This document shows positions 1 to 5,109 of a stretch of DNA of 8,043 nt, one piece after another; positions within the stretch are counted from its first letter, which is position 1, and the number at the start of each line of letters is the position of its first letter. Position numbers and translations under genes: made by a program. Source of the stretch: an uncultured archaeon (GTDB taxonomy: Archaea > Iainarchaeota > Iainarchaeia > Iainarchaeales > CSSED10-239); assembly GCA_964463155.1 (NCBI GenBank), contig CAYXAY010000033.1, positions 1 to 8,043 of the forward strand, given 5' to 3'. Below the pieces are notes generated by a model that saw nothing but the letters and a program-made list of their open reading frames with translations, ran no database searches and had not been told where the DNA came from.

Positions 1-229
1 CAATTCCTGTTGCCCCCCCCCCATCGATTACTGCGTTGCAAGGATTTCCATCACTACTATAACAGTTACAGAAAATGCGGGCTTTTATTGAATTTTCGGA
101 AGTAGCAATATTTTTATTTAACACCTTACTAGAATTTCCAATTATAGTGTTTTGCAATAAAAAACCAATAATTAACCCGATTATTAATGAAATTACTATC
201 CAAAGCAATAATTTTTTTATATTTTCCAT
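1..229 (-). CDS. small membrane-anchored cysteine-rich protein, paralog 2 (N-terminal 76 codons only; continues past window start)
   Basis: ATG at 229..227 is preceded by GGAGGG (241..236) with a 6-nt spacer. The frame is open to the window edge. Hand translation: MENIKKLLLWIVISLIIGLIIGFLLQNTIIGNSSKVLNKNIATSENSIKARIFCNCYSSDGNPCNAVIDGGGATGI... It has a basic N-terminus, one hydrophobic helix, and then a Cys-containing region. It aligns with the 248..556 product (K-L-[IL]-[IL]-W, G..IG.L..N...GN, NSIK..I.CNC). It is absent from the supplied track because it is truncated. Confidence 0.55.
   Translation of the reverse strand, partial: MENIKKLLLWIVISLIIGLIIGFLLQNTIIGNSSKVLNKNIATSENSIKARIFCNCYSSDGNPCNAVIDGGGATGI
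13..22. repeat. C10 homopolymer (G10 on the coding strand) inside the truncated ORF
   Basis: Read directly: ten consecutive C at 13..22. On the minus strand they encode GGG GGG GGG G(CA), i.e. Gly-Gly-Gly-Ala. Confidence 0.95.
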
Positions 230-235
230 TTATAT

Positions 236-241
236 CCCTCC
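236..241 (-). promoter_or_regulatory. Shine-Dalgarno-like GGAGGG for the 1..229 ORF
   Basis: The plus strand ccctcc gives minus GGAGGG, 6 nt upstream of ATG 229. It lies only 6 nt after the stop codon of the upstream paralog (248..250), which suggests co-transcription. Confidence 0.55.
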
Positions 242-247
242 TTTTAA

Positions 248-556
248 TTAACTAATAGTATATGTGTCATCTACCCAACCCTCTACACAACAGCCCCTAC
301 AAAATCCATTAATTGCATCTGGTCCTGTTGGTGAAGAAGTAGTATAATGACAACCTGTTCTAGCGCCTGCTGCGTTCTCACAATTACACCGTATATGATA
401 TTTTATTGAATTTAAATTATCTGTGTTTCTATTTGAGGTTGTGCGTGTTGCATTTCCTGTTGTTGCATTGGTTATTAACATACCAATAACTACACCAACA
501 ACTAAAGCAACTAATGCCCAAATTATTAGCTTTGTTTTTTCGCTTTTAATTTTCAT
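248..556 (-). CDS. small membrane-anchored (signal-anchor) protein with a six-cysteine C-terminal domain, paralog 1
   Basis: 102-aa ORF from the track. GGAGA (571..567) lies 10 nt upstream of the ATG. The Lys-rich N-terminus MKIKSEKTK is followed by one hydrophobic helix (LIIWALVALVVGVVIGMLI). Then come two N-x-T sequons (NATTGNATRT) and six Cys in ...RCNCENAAGARTGCHYTTSSPTGPDAINGFCRGCCVEGW... I recognise no family. Confidence 0.65.
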   Translation of the reverse strand: MKIKSEKTKLIIWALVALVVGVVIGMLITNATTGNATRTTSNRNTDNLNSIKYHIRCNCENAAGARTGCHYTTSSPTGPDAINGFCRGCCVEGWVDDTYTIS

Positions 557-566
557 TTTGGTTTCA

Positions 567-571
567 TCTCC
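567..571 (-). promoter_or_regulatory. Shine-Dalgarno-like GGAGA for the 248..556 ORF
   Basis: The plus strand tctcc gives minus GGAGA, with a 10-nt spacer to ATG 556. Confidence 0.45.
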
Positions 572-600
572 TTTTTTAAGTTAATTAATTAAATTAATAT

Positions 601-607
601 AAAAAAA
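601..607 (-). terminator. oligo-T (T7) tract downstream of the ORF6N-type gene
   Basis: A7 on the plus strand is T7 on the transcribed strand, 53 nt after the stop at 661..663. Archaeal termination commonly uses oligo-T tracts. The same AT-rich stretch could instead belong to the promoter of the next gene. Confidence 0.3.
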
Positions 608-660
608 GAGAACCGATATATATATATTCTTCGGCGGAAATTATCTGCTACTTATATTAA

Positions 661-1344
661 TTATAATTTGCTTAATATTTCTAATGCTTCTTTGTCTAAT
701 TTAGAAATTGCAAACCATTTTCTTCCAAGATCTTTAATGGATGCACAAATATGATATATTTCTTTATAATCTATTATAAGAAATCTATCGTGACATTTTC
801 TTAATTCATCTATTTCAATTGCAGAATATTGTTGATTGTATTTTTCTAAATCTAATTTTAATTGTGTAGTTATATTTCCCGTGTAAATTCTTACAGATAC
901 TTCTTTATTTATTTTTGTAAATAAAACTAAAACTGATTCATCTATATAGTTATCAATAAAAATAATTGATTTTCGTGCAGTCTTAAGCAAATCAGATATA
1001 AATTTATATGCATCAAATATCTGCCCATCATAAAATATTCCTTGTGTCTTAACAGCGCTTTTATTTTCAATAGCATCAAATAATTTTTTGAAGTTTTTAT
1101 CTGATTTAATTTGACATTCTAATTGTTTCTTTTCAACAGCATCAATTCTAAAAAATAATTCTGCATTTTTTTGAATAAATCTTCTCATTGATACAACTGC
1201 CCTCATTATTTGAATATTTATTTCTATGGCTCTATCGCTTTTCAATATCCCAGAAAGCATAGCTACACCTTGCTCAGTAAAAGCAAACGGTAGATATTGT
1301 CTTCCTCCGCGTCCACTTTTTGAGGTCACAATTTGTGACCTCAA
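661..1344 (-). CDS. ORF6N-family protein, distal fragment (second half of the ORF6N domain plus a C-terminal PLD-like module); probably part of a disrupted or recoded gene
   Basis: The track ORF starts at TTG 1344..1342, not ATG. It begins in mid-domain with (L)[47 protein letters not shown]. From memory, this matches the conserved second half of ORF6N domains. The C-terminal part ([38 protein letters not shown]...[30 protein letters not shown]) matches the usual C-terminal module of this protein family. Confidence 0.8.
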   Translation of the reverse strand: [227 protein letters not shown]

Positions 1345-1345
1345 A
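1319..1345. repeat. perfect 27-nt palindrome P1 (12-bp arms, 3-nt centre)
   Basis: The plus strand reads tttgaggtcaca-att-tgtgacctcaaa, and the arms are exact reverse complements. It contains the TGA stop of the upstream fragment (1341..1343) and the TTG start of the downstream fragment (1342..1344). It encodes RSQIVTS. Confidence 0.95.
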
Positions 1346-1619
1346 CGATTATCATAAATACGGGTATTCCGGGAGAATTTGAATTATATTCATTTATGTG
1401 GTCGCAATTTGCGACCACATATTCTTTTTCAACTTCTGTTAATTGAAACATAAAATCTTTAGGGAATCTAGAAATATTCCTCTTAACCGCTTGATTCAAT
1501 ACTTTTGTAGAAACTCCGTATAGTTCTGCAAGATCGCTATCAAGCATTGCCTGCACATTTCTAATAGTAAATATTTTCTGTTTTATTTTATTAGAAATAA
1601 TTAATTCGTTATTTTTCAT
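1341..1619 (-). CDS. ORF6N-family protein, proximal fragment (N-terminal half of the ORF6N/KilA-N-like DNA-binding domain)
   Basis: I prefer the start at ATG 1619..1617 ([74 protein letters not shown]...). [33 protein letters not shown] is the hallmark ORF6N N-terminal motif as I recall it. The ORF ends ...[18 protein letters not shown]-stop, before the domain is complete. The track's 12 extra N-terminal codons (1620..1655) look non-coding. Confidence 0.8.
   Translation of the reverse strand: [92 protein letters not shown]
1395..1421. repeat. perfect 27-nt palindrome P2 (12-bp arms, 3-nt centre), related to P1
   Basis: The plus strand reads tatgtggtcgca-att-tgcgaccacata. It shares the core ggtc[g/a]caatttg[c/t]gacc with P1. 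The arms differ from P1 at 3 positions, and each difference is matched by the complementary change in the opposite arm. It encodes VVANCDH in the upstream fragment's frame. Confidence 0.95.
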
Positions 1620-1702
1620 AAGATATATTTGATTTAAACAGATCATTAAAAGCAAACTACACTGTTTTTTGGAAAAACTCTAAAAATAATTGAATAGTTT
1701 GC

Positions 1703-1732
1703 AAAAATACAAAAAATAAGAAATTAGAAAAA
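1703..1732 (-). terminator. cluster of oligo-T tracts directly after the ileS stop
   Basis: The minus strand after TAA (1734..1736) reads GTTTTTCTAATTTCTTATTTTTTGTATTTTTGC, giving T5, T6 and T5 runs. An 8-bp inverted repeat gcaaacta/tagtttgc (1652..1659 and 1695..1702) encloses a weak hairpin at 1664..1678 and is followed by TTTT on the minus strand. Confidence 0.4.
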
Positions 1733-1733
1733 C

Positions 1734-4580
1734 TTAGAAAGAAAAGTAAACGTCTCTTTCTATTAGCTTTTGCTTTGTTGAGGTGGTTGCATCAAATGGA
1801 ACTATTGAAAGCTTTGTTGATGTTGCTTTCTCTATCTGTTTTTTGTTGTTTTCAATAAAAACATTGTCTGAACAAGAGATGCTTAAATCAACTATTTGGC
1901 TTGGAGTCAAGTTGTTTTTCTTTCTTTCTGCTTGTATTACTCTTGTTAGTTCGCTTAGTTCCCATTCGTCTTCAAGGCCAGCTGGGATATCATTGTCAAG
2001 ATAGATTGAAAGGATATCAGAAACCTTTCCTTCCTCAAAGTTTCCTTTCGGTGCGGTCGTTTGAAGAATTACAAATTTTATGTTTGCCATATTGCTTACT
2101 ATGTCTTTTACGCCAGTTAGTTTTTCTGCATCTGGAGAGACAACAACAAGTCTTGGAAGAATCCATCTAAGTCTTTTCTTTGTTCTTTCTCTTGCTGCAA
2201 GTGCTTCTTGAACAATTGAAAGAGCAATCTCAAAGTTGTATTCAAGTTCTTTGTTGATTAATTTTTGATTTGCTGTTGGGAGCTCCTCAAGATGTATTGT
2301 TTCTTTCCTGTCTTTAAACTTCAAGAAAAGATATTCTGTGAGATGTGGAACGACAGGAGACAATAACAATAATAACCCTGAAAAGATATGGTTTGTGACA
2401 TTGTTTTTGGTTTCTCTTTTCTTTATTAATTTTAGATATGTTCTGCTAAAGTCCTCAAGTATAAACCTTTCCAAATCGGCTGTTGCTTTTGAGAAGTTAC
2501 AACCTTGGTAGTTTTTGTGATAGTTTTCTACTAAATAGTTATACTTAGAAAGAATCCATTTGTCTTCTATCTCTAGCTGGTCGTTTTCTATTGTTGGATT
2601 GAATCTTTGACTTTCATCCATTAATGCCATTAATGAATAGATGTTTTCTAAAAGATTAAATATTCTTTTAATATCAACAAACTTCTTTTCATCAATTATT
2701 ACATCCATACCATTGTATTCTCTTGCAAAATAATATCTGTAATAGTCAATTGATGTTTCTGAGAACCTTTGAAGAAGCGGTCTGTCATTACCCATTGATT
2801 TTGATAATTTCTTTTTATCAACAGCAAGAACCATTCCGTGAAGCGCAACAAACTTGTATGGTGATTTGTTAAAACAAATTGCAGAAACAATCATTTGAGA
2901 ATTCCACCAGCCTCTTATCTGATCAGCACCTTCAAGGTTAATGTCTGGTGGCCAGAAATTATTAAACAATTCTTGTTTCTTTGGATAACCAAGGCTTGCA
3001 AAAGAAGCAATTCCTGAATCAAACCAAACATCAAAGATTTCTGGTATCCTCTTCATTGTTCCACCACAAATACATGCATAAGTAATATTATCAATTTCTT
3101 GCTTGTGAAAATCCATATTTGTGTCAATTGAAGGAACCTTGACTTTTAATTCCTCTAAAGAACCAAACACACCAATCTCTTTACAATTATCACATTGCCA
3201 AATTGGAATTGGTATCCCCCAATATCTTGCTCTTGATATCGGCCAATCAGATATTGAATCAAGCCAATTGTCAAACCTGTCTTTTGCCCAGTCAGGATAC
3301 CAGATTACTTCTTCTTTATTTATCTCTTTTAATCTTTCTCTCATTGGTTCAATTCTTAAGAACCATTGCGGGAGAGCAACTTGCAGTAATGGAGAAAAAC
3401 ATCTCCAACATGTTGGGTATGCGTGAGTTATTGATCTTTTTCCAAGAACCATTCCTTTGTCTTCTAGGTATTCAATTATCTTTGGGTCAAGAGATTTTAC
3501 TTTTTCTCCAGAATGCCAATTGATTGTTTTATCATAAACTCCTTCAACTGTTACTGGACAATATGCTGGCATCTTATTTTCTTTACCAACAGTATAGTCT
3601 TCTCTACCATGACCGGGGGCACAATGAACAAGTCCCGTTCCTTCTTCAAGATGAACAAATCTTGCTGAAGATACTACTTTGTAACTGTCTTTTTTTAGCT
3701 CTTCTAGTTTTTCAAGCCATTCGCCAAGGATTGGCTCATATTTCTTTCCAACAAGTTCTTCTCCTTGATATTTTTCCCCAAGAGAATAATCTTGCCATTT
3801 TAGTTCGTTTGTAATTTTTTCTACAAGTTCTTCAGCAACAATATATTTGTTGTTGTCTTTAATCAATTCTATATAAGTGTAATTTGGATGAACCATAATT
3901 CCTAGGTTTGCAGGAAGAGTCCATGGAGTTGTTGTCCATATAACAAAGTAGATATTAGGCATATCAAGAGACTTTAATCTAACATATATTGAGTTATCTG
4001 TCAAGTCTTGATGCTCAATCTCATTAAAAGAAACTGATGTCTCACATGTTGGACAAATATGTACTGGATATTTGTCATGATATAAAAGACCTTTGTCAGC
4101 TGCTTTTTTAAAAACCCACCAGCCGGTCTCCATATATGCTTTGTCAAGAGTCCTGTATGGATTCTTAAAATCCATCCATTGTCCAAGCTCATATATTTCT
4201 TTTGACATGTCTTCAATATGCTCTGTTGCAAACTTATAGCATTCTGTTGTAAACTTATCAATTCCAAATGTTTCAATATCTTCTTTTGATTTTAGACTAT
4301 GTATCTTTTGAACCTTTGCTTCTATTGGAACACCGTGAGTGTCAAAGCCCGGGGTGTCAAGAACAGTGTAACCTGACATTCTTCTGTATCTAATTATTAA
4401 GTCCTTTAGGATTCTGTTCATTGCAGTCCCAAGATGAAGGCTTCCTGAAGCGTATGGCGGACCGTCTATAAAGTAGTAATTTTTCTTTCCTTTCTTTGTT
4501 CTTACTTTTTCAGGAACATTATTCTTTTCCCAATAATCTTTAACTTCTTTTTCAGTTTTGTTTGAAAATTGCTCTGGCAT
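1734..4580 (-). CDS. ileS: isoleucyl-tRNA synthetase (archaeal/eukaryal type)
   Basis: 948-aa ORF. Class I signatures are GPPYASGSLHLGTA (the HIGH-type motif reads HLGT) and KLSKS (the KMSKS motif). IleRS-type motifs are PGFDTHGVPIE, WTTTPWTLPAN (CP1 editing domain) and WPISRARYWGIPIPIW. Cys knuckles are CPTCETS, CWRC and CDNC. Confidence 0.97.
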   Translation of the reverse strand: MPEQFSNKTEKEVKDYWEKNNVPEKVRTKKGKKNYYFIDGPPYASGSLHLGTAMNRILKDLIIRYRRMSGYTVLDTPGFDTHGVPIEAKVQKIHSLKSKEDIETFGIDKFTTECYKFATEHIEDMSKEIYELGQWMDFKNPYRTLDKAYMETGWWVFKKAADKGLLYHDKYPVHICPTCETSVSFNEIEHQDLTDNSIYVRLKSLDMPNIYFVIWTTTPWTLPANLGIMVHPNYTYIELIKDNNKYIVAEELVEKITNELKWQDYSLGEKYQGEELVGKKYEPILGEWLEKLEELKKDSYKVVSSARFVHLEEGTGLVHCAPGHGREDYTVGKENKMPAYCPVTVEGVYDKTINWHSGEKVKSLDPKIIEYLEDKGMVLGKRSITHAYPTCWRCFSPLLQVALPQWFLRIEPMRERLKEINKEEVIWYPDWAKDRFDNWLDSISDWPISRARYWGIPIPIWQCDNCKEIGVFGSLEELKVKVPSIDTNMDFHKQEIDNITYACICGGTMKRIPEIFDVWFDSGIASFASLGYPKKQELFNNFWPPDINLEGADQIRGWWNSQMIVSAICFNKSPYKFVALHGMVLAVDKKKLSKSMGNDRPLLQRFSETSIDYYRYYFAREYNGMDVIIDEKKFVDIKRIFNLLENIYSLMALMDESQRFNPTIENDQLEIEDKWILSKYNYLVENYHKNYQGCNFSKATADLERFILEDFSRTYLKLIKKRETKNNVTNHIFSGLLLLLSPVVPHLTEYLFLKFKDRKETIHLEELPTANQKLINKELEYNFEIALSIVQEALAARERTKKRLRWILPRLVVVSPDAEKLTGVKDIVSNMANIKFVILQTTAPKGNFEEGKVSDILSIYLDNDIPAGLEDEWELSELTRVIQAERKKNNLTPSQIVDLSISCSDNVFIENNKKQIEKATSTKLSIVPFDATTSTKQKLIERDVYFSF

Positions 4581-4743
4581 AGTTATTCAATATTTATATT
4601 AGATATTTCGCTTGTCTAAAAAGCCGAATTAATATATATTTATGATAGGAAAAAGTTTTTAAAATAGGATAATTGAGGCTATTTCTTCATTGTTCTTTCA
4701 ACAAGGTTACCAACAAAAGGTATAATGCCTTTTTCTTCCTCTT

Positions 4744-4917
4744 TTATAAATTCATATTGTTTTCCTCAACAAGCATTAAGACATCATCAATGGTTGGCAA
4801 GGAATAACCAAGCGACAATAAAATCTCTTGAAGTTCGTTTCTTGTGTATTTTCCAAGATATGATTTAGCTAGACCAAATATCCATAAAAACAATTTCTTT
4901 GTGTCTTGTAGGATCAT
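4744..4917 (-). CDS. hypothetical 57-aa protein (low-confidence small ORF)
   Basis: Hand translation: MILQDTKKLFLWIFGLAKSYLGKYTRNELQEILLSLGYSLPTIDDVLMLVEENNMNL-TAA. It is below the track cutoff. It is co-oriented with all neighbours and fills part of an otherwise empty 383-nt gap. Its composition is protein-like compared with the opposite-strand frames. It has no SD, and AT-rich TATA-like sequence (ATATATAA) lies upstream. I recognise no family. Confidence 0.3.
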   Translation of the reverse strand: MILQDTKKLFLWIFGLAKSYLGKYTRNELQEILLSLGYSLPTIDDVLMLVEENNMNL

Positions 4918-4963
4918 ACTAACGAAAATAGATTATATATCTGTTTTTAAAGAAATACCAAAG

Positions 4964-5038
4964 TGGGAGAAGCAGGATTCGAACCTGCGACCTTTGGTGT
5001 ATAAGACCACTGCTCTGACCAGGCTGAGCTATACTCCC
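4964..5038 (-). tRNA. tRNA-Ile, anticodon UAU (reads AUA)
   Basis: Hand-folded cloverleaf on the minus strand. Acceptor stem is GGGAGUA/UUCUCCC (U-U at 6:67). The 8-9 bases are UA. D arm is GCUC-AGCCUGGUCA-GAGC. Anticodon stem is GUGGU/ACCAA (G27-A43 mismatch) with loop C-U-UAU-A-C. The variable loop is AGGUC and the T arm is GCAGG-UUCGAAU-CCUGC. The discriminator is A and there is no encoded CCA (the next bases are CTT). The anticodon corresponds to plus-strand ata at 5001..5003. Confidence 0.88.
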
Positions 5039-5109
5039 AAAAAAGCGATTTATAAAAATCAAAAAGTCTAATAAGTAATATAATTGTAGAAATCTATTTA
5101 AAGGTTATT

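Noticed and set aside
616-627. (AT)6 microsatellite flanked by ccga/tcgg between the ORF6N gene and the Cys-rich gene.
   Set aside because: It is short, and such a repeat is expected in AT-rich intergenic DNA. The flanking 4-bp complementarity is too weak to call a structured element.
1341-1421. Programmed -1 ribosomal frameshift or an archaeal bulge-helix-bulge intron as the explanation for the split ORF6N gene.
   Set aside because: The downstream frame is indeed the -1 frame. However, between the -1-frame stop (1384..1386) and the zero-frame stop (1341..1343) I find no X-XXY-YYZ slippery heptamer. The two hairpins are perfect, without the 3-nt bulges flanking a 4-bp helix that a BHB site requires. 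Joining the palindromes at homologous positions removes 76 nt and does not restore the frame, which needs 3n+2. These ideas are kept as low-probability alternatives inside the main finding rather than as calls.
1783-3814. Plus-strand track ORFs inside the ileS region (1783..2004, 1901..2170, 3121..3426, 3203..3523, 3524..3814).
   Set aside because: They are antisense to a 948-aa ORF with unambiguous IleRS motifs. Their products are Leu/Ser/Phe-rich low-complexity sequences typical of the reverse strand of AT-rich genes, and none has an SD.
2699-4276. Minus-strand out-of-frame track ORFs within ileS (2699..2890 and 4001..4276).
   Set aside because: They are fully nested in the IleRS frame, in alternative frames, with no recognisable motifs or translation signals.
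4964-5038. tRNA gene as an integration site for a mobile element carrying the ORF6N and Cys-rich genes.
   Set aside because: No second copy of the tRNA 3' segment (…ggattcgaacc… or its complement) is visible elsewhere in the window. No integrase is present, and the housekeeping ileS gene separates the tRNA from the accessory-looking genes.
4844-5071. 75-aa plus-strand track ORF.
   Set aside because: It runs straight through the tRNA-Ile gene on the opposite strand. The protein-like stretch EKQDSNLRPLVYKTTALTRLSYTP is simply the translated tRNA complement.
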